From NCBI GenBank assembly GCA_965287045.1, contig OZ336870.1, forward strand, positions 15,190,001 through 15,254,000: 64,000 nt of DNA, read 5' to 3'. Both the position numbers and the translations under genes were made by a program. Under the pieces are notes generated by a model. It saw only the letters and a list, made by a program, of their open reading frames with translations, did not search any database and was not told where the DNA came from. Position 1 is the stretch's first letter. The number at the start of each line of letters is the position of its first letter. This document shows, in pieces, positions 12,916-25,045 of this stretch. Source of the DNA: Carcharhinus amblyrhynchos (lineage: Eukaryota).

Positions 12916-13669
12916 GTAAGGAGCAGAGATTTCATTATTAATCACCGCTAAAGCTTTGTCTATTTTAATCAGGAGATAAGAGAAATTTTCAGTATTTACA
13001 TGTGTCAACAGTTAAATGTTTAGATACAGTTGAGAAAAAAAGTTCGATATCAGTTTTTCCTTCAAAACCATCACATGTCGGCTCTTTGTGACGTTACCGT
13101 TTTTAGTCACTGACTGTCTTTCTATTTGAGATAACCCGACCACAAAAAGGTAGTTGAATGCTTTGTGATATTCAATCTTATGAAAATATTGAAACGGAGT
13201 ACTGCATGGATTCAGAACTGGGGGCAGCTAGTTATACAGGTCCCTTATGGTTAAGACGAGACCTGTGAAAAGCTGCACTGCTGATGACATCCCTCATGCA
13301 TGCTCATATCATCTAAAGACATCAGTATATGCATTTGAATTGGAAGATGCTTACTGCAGCACTCTGAAAATCACCCCTGTGGGCTGTTCTGCCTTGATGC
13401 ATTCCTCCTCAGCAATACTTCTAATCTCTCCTTAGCACTGCCCCTCATTATTAAAGTCTGAGTCATTGGAGGTAGATGAACGTGTGATGATGACAGCCAT
13501 AAGCCTCCCTCGCTTTGTTTGTATTACTTATATCTGACAACATTTGCACCACCTGAATTTGATAGTAGTCTGATAATAACTTTGGGGATTAGCATTTCTG
13601 AGGGATGTGGGTGCACACCCAGGCATTCTGGGGCCCTCACAACTCATTGTAGCTTGTAGGTAGTGTATA

Positions 13670-13765
13670 CAATAAAAATGCTGAAAAAACTGAGCCAGCC
13701 TGCTTACATTTGTGGAGAGAGAGTAAGAGTTGATGTTTCGAATCTATACGGATCTACTTCAGAGC
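13670..13765 (-). mobile_element. Penelope-like terminal repeat remnant with decayed hammerhead core
   Basis: Minus strand gctCTGAAGTagatccgtatagattcGAAACATCaactcttactctctctccaca. Confidence 0.55.
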
Positions 13766-13789
13766 TGTGAATACATGCAGAAAAATGAT

Positions 13790-14700
13790 ATGATGCAGAA
13801 GGAGGCCATTTGACCTACTGTGTCTGTGGCAGCTCTCCAGATGAGCATTACGACTCAGTGCCATTCCCTTGCCTTTTCCCTGTATCCTTGATTCTATTCA
13901 AGTGATCGTGTAACGTCCTCTTGAATGCCTTGATTGAACCTCCATTCACCATAGGTACAGGCAGTGCATTCCAGATTCTAACTACTCGTTGTGGAAAAGC
14001 TTTTTCTCATGTCAGATCTGCTTCTTTTACAAATCACTTTAAACCTGTTCGCTGTCATTCTCAATGCTTTTACAAATAGGACCAATTTCTCTCTCTCTAC
14101 TGTCCAGCTCCCTCATGATTTTGAACATCTTTATCGAATTTCCTCTCGGCCACTTCCTCTCCAGTGAGAACAGTTTCAACTTCTCAAATCTATCTTCATA
14201 ACTGAAGTTTCTTATCCCTGCAATTAGACTGCTCTGCATTCTCTTCAATGCATTCATATCTGTCCTATACTGTGATGTCCAGAACTGTACACAGTATCCC
14301 AGCTGAGGCCTAACAAGTGTCTTTCTTGAGTTCATTTCTCCTGTCATCTATTCCCCTATCAATAAAGCCTAATAAAGTACTTTATTAACTACTCTGTCCA
14401 CCTGTCCTGATCTGTGTACATATACAGCCAGACTCCCCTGCTCTTGTGTTCTCTTCAGAGATGTCCCCCTTATTTTATGTTGTCTATCCGTGTTCTTCCT
14501 ACCAAAATACATTAACTCACATTTCTGCATTGAATGTTATCTGCCCACATCTCCAACTTGTTTGTTCTTTTGAAATTCCACACTGCTCCTGTCAGTTTAC
14601 AATGCTTCCAAGTTTTGTACCATCTGCAAACTTTGAAATAGACCCCTGCTGATATATCAGGGAAAGCAAGGGTCTTAATACCAACCCCTGGGGAAACTCC
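13790..14700 (-). mobile_element. Old CR1 LINE fragment
   Basis: ORF KTLVRPQLGYCVQFWTSQYR...FSYEDRFEKLKLFSLERK. Confidence 0.82.
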
Positions 14701-14861
14701 ACTATAAACTTCTAATCTCCAATAATTTCTTGCTCTGCATGGAATGGACTAGGAATGAGTAATGAGATAAGATGTTATCTTTATCTTCAAGGGCTTTTGA
14801 AAGAGTTTTGTGAAGTATTCTGGACAAAGACGATCTGATGTGTGCTTTTCTTCGTTTTCAG

Positions 14862-15082
14862 CACAATGTACGTCTTTGGTGGGTTCAACAGTCTTCTGCT
14901 AAGCGACGTCCTGATGTTTACCCCGGCCAGCTGTGAAGCTTTCTCTGATGAAATGGCGTGTGTTGGTGCCAGCCCTGGAATCCGCTGTGTGTGGAACACC
15001 AACATGATGCATTGTGTGCCCTGGGAAATGGCAACAGCAAAAGAAAAGCAACAGATTATTAACGTGTGCCCCAACAAGACAT
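14862..15082 (+). CDS. ATRN: Attractin exon C (Kelch end, PSI)
   Basis: ttttcag|C ACA ATG ... AAG ACA T|gtatgt; TMYVFGGFNSLLLSDVLMFTPASCEAF...GIRCVWNT...CPNKT; 221 nt. Confidence 0.95.
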
Positions 15083-15569
15083 GTATGTCCATAATATTCC
15101 TTTCTCCCTTTCTGACATTGCTAGTTATTTTTTAAATTTCTGTATCTGAATGTTTTAAAAATGTCTTGCGCTTCCCTGCTTACATTTTTCAATTGATTCT
15201 TCAATTTGTTGCTGTTCGTTAGCTCAAAGAACAAAATCCACCATTAACTTTTCCTCAGGGCCCAGTAGAACCTACATGAGCGTTGGCTTGAATGATTTTC
15301 CTCCCTTGTTTCTTGTAAGTCTTAGTCATTGGCATGATTTATTTATAAAGCAAATTTGGTTTCTTCTGTCTGTGGAGTGAAATTACAAGTGGCCTTCATG
15401 GTGCTGTAGAGTCCTCTGTTCCTAGGGATGTGAGAGCATTTCTGGGTCGTTTGGCATTGTACTTTCTTGTACCTTTCGAATAACTGTATTATCCTGGTGT
15501 TTGAATGCTATGCAGTCAGGGAAAGATTTACCATTGTTCTTCCCGAAAAACGCCACACGATTTTCGACA

Positions 15570-16585
15570 TAAGCAAGAGTTGGCATAAATGGATTGTTTT
15601 TCTGATTGGCAGGCAGTGACCAATGGGGTTCCGCAGGGATCTGTGTTAGGTCTCTAACTGTTCACACTATATATTAATGACTTGAAATAGGGAGCTGAAT
15701 GTGCAGAAAATTTGCAGATGAAACAAAGGTGGGTGAGAGGGTGAGCTGTGAGGAGGATGCAGAGATGCTTCAACATGATTTGAACAGGCTGAGTATGTGA
15801 GCATCTGCATGACAGATGTAGTATAATGTGGATAAATGTGAGGTTATCCAGTTGGGTAGCAATAACAAGGAGGCAGACCATTCCTTGAATGGGTGTAAAT
15901 TGAGAGTTGGATACTCAGCAAGACCCTGGTGTCCTTGTACATTAGTCACTGAAAGTAAGCGCGCAGGTACAGCAGGCAGTTAAGAAGGCAAATGGTATGT
16001 TGGCCTTCATAGCGAGAGGATTTGAATACTGAGATGTTTTGTTGCAATTGTATAGGGCATCACTAAGGCTGCCCCTGGAGTATTGTGTGCAGTTTTGGTG
16101 TCCTTATCTGAGGAAGAATGTCCTTGCTATTGAGGCAGTACAGCAAAGGGTTACTGGGCTGATTCCTGGGATGGCAGGTCTGTCCTAAGAGGAGCAGCTA
16201 AGTTGGTAAAGATTATATTGACTAGAACTTAGAAGAGTAGAGGGGATCTCAGACAGGGTAGATTCAGAAAGAATGTTCCCAATGGTGGGGGAGTCCAGAA
16301 CTAGGATAGTTTGAGGATAAGGGGTAAACCTTCTAAAACTGAGTTGAGGAGAAATTTCTTCATCCAGAGGGTGGTGATTGTGTGGAATTCGCTACCACAG
16401 AATGTAGCTGAGTCCGAAATGTTATCTGATACCAGGAAGAAACTAGATATTGCTCTAGGGATGACGGGGATCAAGGGGGATCAGAATATTGAATTTGATG
16501 ATCAACCATGATCAAAATTAATGGTGAAGCAGGCTCAAAGGGCCAAATGGCCACCTCCTGCTTCTAGTTTGTATGTTTGTATGAC
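15570..16585 (+). mobile_element. CR1 LINE 3' portion
   Basis: GVPQGSVLG remnant, ELRRNFFIQRVVIVWNSLPQ; same subfamily as 52440-53535. Confidence 0.85.
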
Positions 16586-17407
16586 AACCCACTCCACCCC
16601 TGTTAGCTCCAAACTTGGAAATAAACATTAGTCACGACTGGATAGTGTGAAGCTCAGTGAAATAGCAAATTTTGTTTTCAGTTTTCATTTGTTTCTTCTA
16701 AATTCAGATAATTGGCAGCTTGTTTGAAGTTTGCTGTCTCCATTGGGAAATGGACAAGTTGGCTCTTTGCTCTGTCGGTTATTATGTGGAGCCTGATTTC
16801 TTGTTTGCTTCTGTTGATGTACAACAGAATGCAAGGCTTCACTGTAACTATGGTGTTGCATAACACTTGAATTTTACAGGTTTTGATCATGTTCAGTGGA
16901 ATTGGTAAGGCGGGCTGAGTAACAGTAAAATGGCAATAATACTGCTAGTATAATTAATTGTGGCAAAAATTACAAAGTACTTTGTTAGAATAGATCAGGG
17001 TGAACAGTAAGAAAGCAGTTTGTTTCATTCTGAATTGGTCTCTTCCTGGTGACAGGATTGATTTGCACATAGTTTATATAATGCACTTACCGTGATTTGT
17101 CACTTCAGAATATGTATTAAGTGGTCTGCAGTACAAAAAACAATTTATATGGAAATCTTTTGATGTTTACAATAGTACTTTAGATCAAGTTCAGTTTGGA
17201 AATTCCCTGGAGTTCTAACAACAGAACAATCACCAAGTCCGACTGGTGGTAGGACTGCAGGGAGTGTTCAGTTAAGATGAAATTACCTTTATCAGATGGT
17301 TGTTGGGCATCTTTCCATAGAAATCAATGAGAGTAGATGCCAGTGCTTGAACATGTCTTATTTGTATACTAATTAAAAATGTTTCTTTGCTCCCCACTGT
17401 ACTACAG

Positions 17408-17529
17408 ATGCAGATAATGAAAAGTGTGATCAGTATACTGATTGCTACAGCTGTACAGTAAACACAAATGGCTGTCAGTGGTGTCATGATAAGTGCTTGT
17501 CTAAGAATAGTAACTGCACGGAAGCCACT
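17408..17529 (+). CDS. ATRN: Attractin exon D (PSI)
   Basis: ctacag|AT GCA GAT ... GCC ACT|gtgagt; (Y)[40 protein letters not shown]; 122 nt; a second in-frame AG lies 6 nt downstream. Confidence 0.92.
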
Positions 17530-17970
17530 GTGAGTATTACAACCAATCCTTCAGAATGGGTTCTAATTAATTGCCCTTCTAACTATCATTCTTCTGGAAG
17601 TCCAGTCTTGAACTGTTTTAAAAAAGAGCTATTTTTGTTGTGTTTGAACAAAATTATAGTAATAAACTTGATTCAGTTCAGAATACTGTGGACATTAATG
17701 CCCTGCTGTTCATCATGGTATGAAACAAGGAAGCAGGTGGTTTGCATTTATACAGATCTCTTAATCTCTTAAATTCCTCAGATGTCTGCAGACACTTCAA
17801 CTGCAATTCATTACTTGAAACAATTAGGATTATTACTTAAACAAGCCTCTAAACCATTTTCACATAGCTGGATTTGAGATGAGCATTTGCACTTTGGTGA
17901 TGGAGGTGATGTTTGAGAGCTTGAGTGGAGGTTAGCTCAGGCAGCAAAGGAAACTTGCCGACTTGTTGAA

Positions 17971-19070
17971 TTGATTTGATTTATTATTGTCGCATGTATT
18001 AGTATACATTGAAAAGTATTGTTTTTTGCATGTTATACAGAGAAAACATACTCCATGCGCCTCAGTTCCTCCCTCTGCTACTGGATCCTGAACTTCCTAA
18101 CCCACAGACCACAATCAGTAAGGATAGGCAGCATCATCACTTTCATGATCATCCTCAATGCTAAAAACCCGTGTTCTCAGCCCCCTACTATACACCTTAT
18201 ACATTTATGACTATGTGGCCAAATTTCCCTCCAACTCTATTTTTAAGTTTTCTGACGACCCCACCATATTGAGTTAGATCTCAGACAATGACGAGACAGA
18301 GTACAGGAATGAGATAGAGAATCTGGTGAACTGGTGCGTCGACAATAATTTCTTCCTCATTGTCAGCAAAACAAAGGAGATTGTCGTCAGCTTAAGGAAG
18401 CATAGTGGAGAACATTCCCCTGTCCACATCAATGGGGGCGAAGTAGAAATGGTTGAAAGCTTCAAGTTTTTAGGTGTTCAAATCACCTACAATCTGTTCT
18501 GGTCCTCCCATGCCGACACTATAGTTAAGAAAGCCCACCAATGTCTCTATTCTCTCAGAAGACTAAGGAAATTTGGCATGTCAGCTACGACTCTCACCAA
18601 CTTTTATAGGTGTACCATAGAAAACATTCTTCCTGGTTGTATGGCTCCTGCTCTGCCCAGGACTGCAAGAAACTACAAAAGGTCATAAATGTAGCCCAAT
18701 CCACCTCCATCACCAAAGTGTAAAAGCTTGATCAAAGAGGTACACTTCCTGTTGTCTTGGCAACCAGCGTAATCAAGGACCCCACGCACCTTGGACATAC
18801 TCTCTTCCACTACCTCCTGTTGGGAAAAAGATACAAAAGTCTTAGGTCACGTACCAACTGACTTGAGAACAGCTTCTTCCCTGCTGCCATCAGACTTTTG
18901 AATGGGCTTACCATGCATTAAGTTGATCTTTCTCTACACCCTAGCTATGACTGTAACACTACATTCTACACTCTCTCGTTTCCTTCTTTATGAACGGTAT
19001 GCTTTGTCTGTATAGAGTGCAAGAAACAATACTTTTCACTGTATGCTAATACATGTCATAATAATAATCA
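17971..19070 (+). mobile_element. Rex1/Babar fragment (18052-19070) preceded by an inverted copy of its own 3' tail (17971-18051)
   Basis: VESFKFLGVQITYNLFWSSHADTIVKKAHQCLYSLRRLRKFGMS; 17971-18051 is the reverse complement of about 18997-19070. Confidence 0.85.
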
Positions 19071-20749
19071 TCTTCACATAATGGCTTGTGATCCCTAATA
19101 TAATATGCAAACCACCGAAAACTGCAGTTCGAGTCTTGGTGTAATGTCTGATCTGAAGAATGACATCTCTTGAAAGCAGCGCTCCTACATTACCGCTCTA
19201 ATGTCAGCCCAGATTATGCACTGATGTCTTGGAACACACCTTTGAGTCCACAGCCTTGCCAAACTCAAGTCCAAGAGTTTATGAAGGGCAGATAGATACA
19301 AACTGTAAATTAAAAGAATTGGGATGAAGAATGCAAAGTATTTAATTTATATGTTTTGTTTATAGACATGATAGTATCCATTTTACTTTCTGTTTGCAAA
19401 GATGCTCCCTTCAATTCAGACAGTAAAAGCATTAATCCTACAATATTATGATCTTTGTACAAATGATTAAAGAAATTATCAAAATTTTTTCTGCTAATAA
19501 CCAAACAGCCTCATTACTTGGAATCTAATTGTTATGGTAGTGAGTACCAAATGTTGTGTTTCCGTTGTACTGGTGAAAAGGTGGCAACAAAGAAGGGCTG
19601 AAATAAATAGATGATGTAAAGTGACATTGCTTAAATCTTCACTGATATTTATGTGTGGCTTATTCTTGGAGTGGCTATATTGTAGTGAATATTTATTGGC
19701 AAGATTAGATGAAGGGTTCAGCAATTTTAGGCTGATTGATTGGGTACTAAAATTGTCCCTAAATTGGACCTCCCTGATCCTCGCACGTTAGGCGTAGACT
19801 AAAATCATGAATAGGTCACTGAGATAGTAGGACGGCGGCGTGGGCTCGTTGGGCCGAAGGGCCTGTTTCCCGTGCTGTGTTGTTCTTTGTTCTTTGTTCA
19901 ATCTACTTTGCCAGACAGCATGCAACCGAGCAAAGTACAAGAGAATGAAGTGGATCAATAGGTAAATGGTTAGGTAACACCAACCTTGAATATTGCAAGA
20001 CGATGGAAAGACTGAAGAGAAGGATTTTCAAAGATTGGATTTTCTGGGAGATGATGAAATCACGATTGAAGCTTAATTTTAGTGCAGATGTTTTATGCAG
20101 CATGAAGAGTCTCTCATGGCACATTTGGAGTGTTGGTGGACCAGTAGAGCCAAATTTGAAAGACTGTCACCATTTTAGCAGCACTGATACAAGTAGTGTA
20201 ACATGTTAAAATGAGAGTTCAGCTGAGAGATGGAACATGCCTTGACTTTCTTGTTACTGAAACAGCAAAGCTTGCATTTGTGTTGCATCTTTAATTTAGT
20301 TAAAATGTCCCAATGAGCTTCACATGTTACTGAACAAAATAATAGATGAGTAAAAGCTTGTTCAAAAAGGTAGGTTTTAGAGAACATGTTAATGGAGGAC
20401 AGATGACAGAAGAATGGGAAGGTTTAATGAAATAATTCCAGAACTCCGCCACTGAATGTATGGCCACCAATGATGGAGCAATGAAAATCAAGAATGCATA
20501 CGGGACAGGAATTGGAGGTCATAACTACCTGCCTCCCCATTCCAGCGATGCACTGGGATTCTTCCCAGGTGAGGGTTTACACGGCAGTTGTCCAGAAGGG
20601 TGAACTTCACTTTGACAAGTGCGCTGGGAATCATCCAGCAAAGCATTTTAAATTGCTAATTTTGAATGGTTCTGCCAGTTTTACTGTCATAGTTACTCCC
20701 AAAGAGTTAGAAGGGAAAATAAACACATCTAACTTCAGAGTAACTATTT

Positions 20750-20836
20750 TAAAGCAAAAACAGAAACTCAGCAGGTCTAACAGCATCTGTGGAGAGAGAA
20801 TAGAATTTTGAGTCTTGATGACCTTTCGTTAGAGCT
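20750..20836 (-). mobile_element. Penelope-like terminal repeat remnant
   Basis: Minus strand agctctaacgaaaggtcatcaagactc...ctctctccacagatgctgttagacctgctgag. Confidence 0.55.
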
Positions 20837-21002
20837 AAAGACAAAGAAAATAGGACAACCTCTCCTTCCTGCTGTGCTGGGACACCCCCACCCTCCCTCC
20901 CTGCTATACCAGAACATCGCCTCTTTCCTGCCATGCCGATACAATCCCCCCTCCCTCACCAGCCATGCTGAGACACACCTCCTACTCCCAGCCATGCCAG
21001 GA

Positions 21003-21018
21003 TATCTCTCTCTCTCTC

Positions 21019-21051
<33 letters not shown>

Positions 21052-21103
21052 GTCTCTCTCTCTCTCTCTCCCCCCCCCCCCGCCTCCCCCCCCCACCCCG
21101 CCC
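21003..21103 (+). repeat. Compound (CT)n/(CTCTGT)n microsatellite followed by C-runs
   Basis: Directly visible; about 100 nt almost purely pyrimidine on the + strand. Confidence 0.9.
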
Positions 21104-21587
21104 TTTCTGTCATGCCGGGACCACCGCCACCCACCATGTCTGGTGCTTTGTACTTGAAAGCACAGGTAATTCGCCAAGGAGCGGTAATCTGCCATTCATT
21201 GCTAATCCGAGGAGGGCAAGATCCAAGGTCTCAGACTGTTGTGATATTGGAAGAGATGACAGACATAAGGATTTTGTGGAATTTGAGGCCAAGAATGACA
21301 ATATTTGGATAGATGATGTTGCTAGACTTGAAGCTGAGATGGGCTAGCTGTTGAACAAGACTACTGAAATTAAGGCACAAGCAGCAGAGTTTAGAATGAG
21401 CTCCGTTACGTTCAGTGAAAGGTAAAAGGCTGGCCAAGCAAGCATTCGAATGGTCGAGATTTGAGATAGCAGATTGGTAATGATGTAATGCCATGTACTT
21501 TTAAGCTTCCTGATTTTGAGTCTTCATCCATATCATAAAGTAACATCATGAGATGTGACTAAACAAACATCTTAATATTTCTTTCAG

Positions 21588-21726
21588 GTATCAATCTGGG
21601 ATTATGAAGCCTGTCCAAAAGATAAACCTGAGTATGTTTGTAATAAACTAACTAGTTGTAAAAGCTGTGCCATGGACCAAAACTGTCAATGGGAATCCAG
21701 GAACCAGGAATGCATCCCGTTACCAG
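21588..21726 (+). CDS. ATRN: Attractin exon E (PSI)
   Basis: ctttcag|GTA TCA ATC ... TTA CCA G|gtagct; [46 protein letters not shown]; 139 nt. Confidence 0.95.
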
Positions 21727-22605
21727 GTAGCTTTTTAGTTTGTGTTTGCTTGTACATGAGATAATTTGCAATGCTCCAATCTGTTTAAAACAACCATGGT
21801 GATTTTCACCAGTCCCAAGTCTTGATGTTGCAGATGCTGTTCTGCAGGAATATAAATAACAGTTGTTGAACAAATCTTAAATCACTGGGAGGATAACATG
21901 CAAATTTAGTTTTCTTGACACCAGGATAGTTCGAATCCTGGTTGTTTAATTTGAGCAGCCTCATCACCCCAACACCTCACCCTTGCTTCACAGACAATTT
22001 TTGCCACATTGTAGTTATCATGTATGGAATCTTTCACATTTCACGCAGGTTACATTATTGACACTAAACAGTGTAGAATTAAAAAGGTTTCCTGGACTAG
22101 TCCCTCACCATCACTAGCAGAAGTGGTAGATTTTACATTTGAAATTACTTGTCTGTGATTGTAAATTACGTGATATCTAAACAGTATTTGTGGTAATGAG
22201 CCATGAGACACAATTTTATATCCTACTTGTGATGATGGTGCAGTTTTGTTGCATGTGAATTATTATTCGTTCTGTTATCAAGTCAGCCCATCTGTGAAAT
22301 ATGAAGTATATCCCTTAACTACCACTCTGGAGCACAAATCTCTACTTGCTAAATTGTGCTTTAAAACTGATATAAACTGTGTCTTAATTTTGAAGACATG
22401 AATACATAATTTTGTTGAAAAGGGAGAAGGAATTTGTTGGCATGTGGCCTCAAATAATTCCAGTTCAGCTTGCTACAGAGATGCTGTTTACTTGTTTTAC
22501 TGGCACTCCATAATTGATGGGATGTGAAGTGGACATGTGAAAGGGGAATAATGGTGATGGAGGGCAATGGAGAAGCTTACTGTTACACTAACATGTCAAC
22601 AGCCA

Positions 22606-22615
<10 letters not shown>

Positions 22616-22638
<23 letters not shown>
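22616..22638. repeat. (TA)n microsatellite
   Basis: Directly visible; another at about 40752-40768. Confidence 0.85.
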
Positions 22639-22808
22639 GGTCTACTTGGAGGAACAAGATATATTTCTGTGCAAACTTGAAACATCCTCCTATGTGGTCT
22701 TTAAAATGTGGTTGCTGTTATATATCTTTGATTTTCAATTTGAAATGGAAAGAAAGCCGTATTGTGTTTCATCTTGAAGTATTTGTTTTTCCAAATTGGC
22801 AACTACAG

Positions 22809-22990
22809 AAACCATCTGTGGAGAGAGTTGGCACTTGGTGGGAAACTCATGTCTGACAATCACCATCGCAAAAGATAGCTATGATAACGCGAAGCTGTTC
22901 TGTCGGGGTCAGAATGCAGCACTTGCCTCACTTACATCGCAGAAGAAAGTCGAATTTGTCCTCAAGGAATTGCAGATTATGCATGTGTTG
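22809..22990 (+). CDS. ATRN: Attractin exon F (C-type lectin, N-terminal half)
   Basis: ctacag|AA ACC ATC ... GTG TTG|gtgagt; (E)TICGESWHLVGNSCLTITIAKDSYDNAKLFCRGQNAALASLTSQKKVEFVLKELQIMHVL; 182 nt. Confidence 0.95.
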
Positions 22991-23232
22991 GTGAGTTTGA
23001 ATTGGTTTCCAGGAGACTTGCTTGGGAGTTTTGGGCTCAACTGAACTTCTCACCATTCAGAATCAAATGTCTGCATGAGTGAAAGTAGCATTTCTGTGTG
23101 TTTTATGATTGGTGAGTACAGCGATTGTTTGGTTTGTGATTGAGCAAAAACATTTCCTGCAAAAAAAACACAAGACAAGCGTAAGCCCCAATCAAAAATT
23201 TAAGCAATTGTTAAAGTAACCATAATTGATAA

Positions 23233-24077
23233 TAGAACATAGAACACTACAGCACAAACAGGCCCTTCGGCCCACGAGTTGCGCCGATCACATCAACACC
23301 TACCAATCTATAGACCTATCTATAACCCCCAATCCCATTAAACCCCATATACTCATCTAGAAGTCTTTTAAAAGACCCCAGCGAGTTCGCCTCCACCACC
23401 ACTGACGGCAGCCGATTCCATTCACTCACCACCCTCTGAGTGAAAAACTTACCCCTAACATCACTTCTGTACTTTCCTCCCCGCACCTTAAACCTGAGTC
23501 CTCTCGTAGCGACCATTTCAACCCGGGGAAATAGCCTCTGAGAATCCACCCTATCTATTCCTCTCAACATTTTATAAACCTCTATCAGGTCGCCTCTCAA
23601 CCTTCGTCTCTCCAGGGAAAAGAGTCCCAGCTCCCTCAACCTAACTTCATAAGGCATGCCTCCCAGTCCAGGCAACATCCTTGTAAATCTCCTCTGTACC
23701 CTTTCAGTAGCCTCTACGTCGTTCCTATAGTGAGGCGACCAGAACTGCGCACAGTACTCCAAATGAGGCCTGACAAGGGTCTTATAAAGTTGCAGCATTA
23801 CCTCCCGACTCCTAAACTCAATCCCTCGATTAATGAAGGCCAGTACACCATACGCCTTCTTGACCACCTCTTCCACCTGCGAGGCCGATTTAAGAGTCCT
23901 GTGGACCCGGACCCCAAGATCCTTCTGCTCTTCAACATTACTAAGACTCCTGCCCTTGATAGTGTACTCGTTCATCCCGTTGGTTCTGCCAAAATGGACG
24001 ACTACACATTTATCCGCGTTGAAGTCCATCTGCCACTTCTCCGCCCAGTCCTGCATCCTATTTATGTCCTGCTGCAA
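23233..24077 (-). mobile_element. Young 5'-truncated CR1 LINE with an uninterrupted 253-codon ORF2 C-terminus
   Basis: WAEKWQMDFNADKC...LYKTLVRPHLEYCAQFWSPHY...FFTQRVVSEWNRLP with no stops; (TTCTATG)n-type tail at 23233-23247. Confidence 0.93.
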
Positions 24078-24439
24078 TGTTTGAATTGAAAGCTTAAATA
24101 AAATTTAATTTTTTAGCTTTATTTTTTATTCAAAGTCCTGAATTTGGATAAGGCTCAATTCACTGAACAAGCCTGAACTAATTGATTTCCAACTAACAAC
24201 CAAATTGCCACAATTTAAAGCAAACTTGTTCATGAGCAAAGCTGGGCATAATAGCATCTAAATATTCAAGGCTGCAGGATCTTTAGAACAAGTGTAAGTT
24301 GAGTGGTTATAATGGAAAGTTTTAATTTTTGCATGGAACAACAATTTGAGTCGTAAAGATAGTGAGTTTTTAATATGGATTCCGGATCATTTAATAAAAC
24401 AAATCAATTAGTGGAATTGTCGAGAAATAGATGACATGA

Positions 24440-25045
24440 TTCAAGGTCACTGACAAAAGAACTAAAAACAACATGAGGGAAAACTCTATTTTAGAGTGGG
24501 TGGTGAGGAACTGGAATGCAATGCCAGAGAGTGGTGGAATTAGATTCAGTAGTGGCTTTCGAAACAGAATTGGGCAATTATCTAAGGGAAAATCGTAGGA
24601 GTGGCGCAGTGGTTAGCATTGCTGCCTGACAGCGCCAGGGACTCGGGTTCGATTCCCGGCTTGAGTCACTGTCCGCGTGGAGTTTGCATGTTCTCCCTGT
24701 GTCTGTGTGGGTTTCCTCTGGGTGCTCTGGTTTCCTCCCACATTGCAAAGATGTGTGGGTTAGGTGGATTGGCCATGCTAAATATCCCCTTAGTGTCAGG
24801 GGAGACTAGCTAGGTAAATGCATGGAGTTACAGGTTTAGGGCCTGGGTGGGATTGTTGTCGGTGCAGACTCGATGGGCTGAAAGGCCTCATTCTGCACTG
24901 TAGGGATTCTATTCTGTGAAAAAAAAGTAGAGCTAAGGAAAAAAGGCAGAGAGTGCAACTGGCTGAATTGATCTCTCAGAGATCTAGCAGTAACATCACG
25001 GCTGGATGGTCCCCTTCTGTGGTATAACCATTCGCTGATTGTATG
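24440..25045 (+). mobile_element. Old CR1 3' end interrupted by an HE1 SINE
   Basis: ggaactggaatgcaatgccaga before the SINE and CR1-type tail gatggtccccttctgtggtataaccattc after it. Confidence 0.6.
24600..24915 (+). mobile_element. Full-length HE1-type V-SINE
   Basis: Pol III A box tggcgcagtgg, B box ggttcgattcc, V-domain gtggagtttgcatgttctccctgtgtctgtgtgggtttcctctgggtgctctggtttcctcccac, CR1-like tail gactcgatgggctgaaaggcctc...gattctat. Confidence 0.9.

Noticed and set aside
14787-15092. Antisense ORFs over ATRN exons (also 17272-17487, 32771-33010, 60056-60268)
   Set aside because: Shadow frames of real exons with no independent features.
20808-21347. 179-aa ORF and overlapping SL/RE-repeat ORFs
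   Set aside because: Held open by the CT microsatellite and C-runs; no recognisable domain.
24600-24670. tRNA gene
   Set aside because: A and B boxes run straight into the V-SINE core and tail; it is a SINE head present in many copies.
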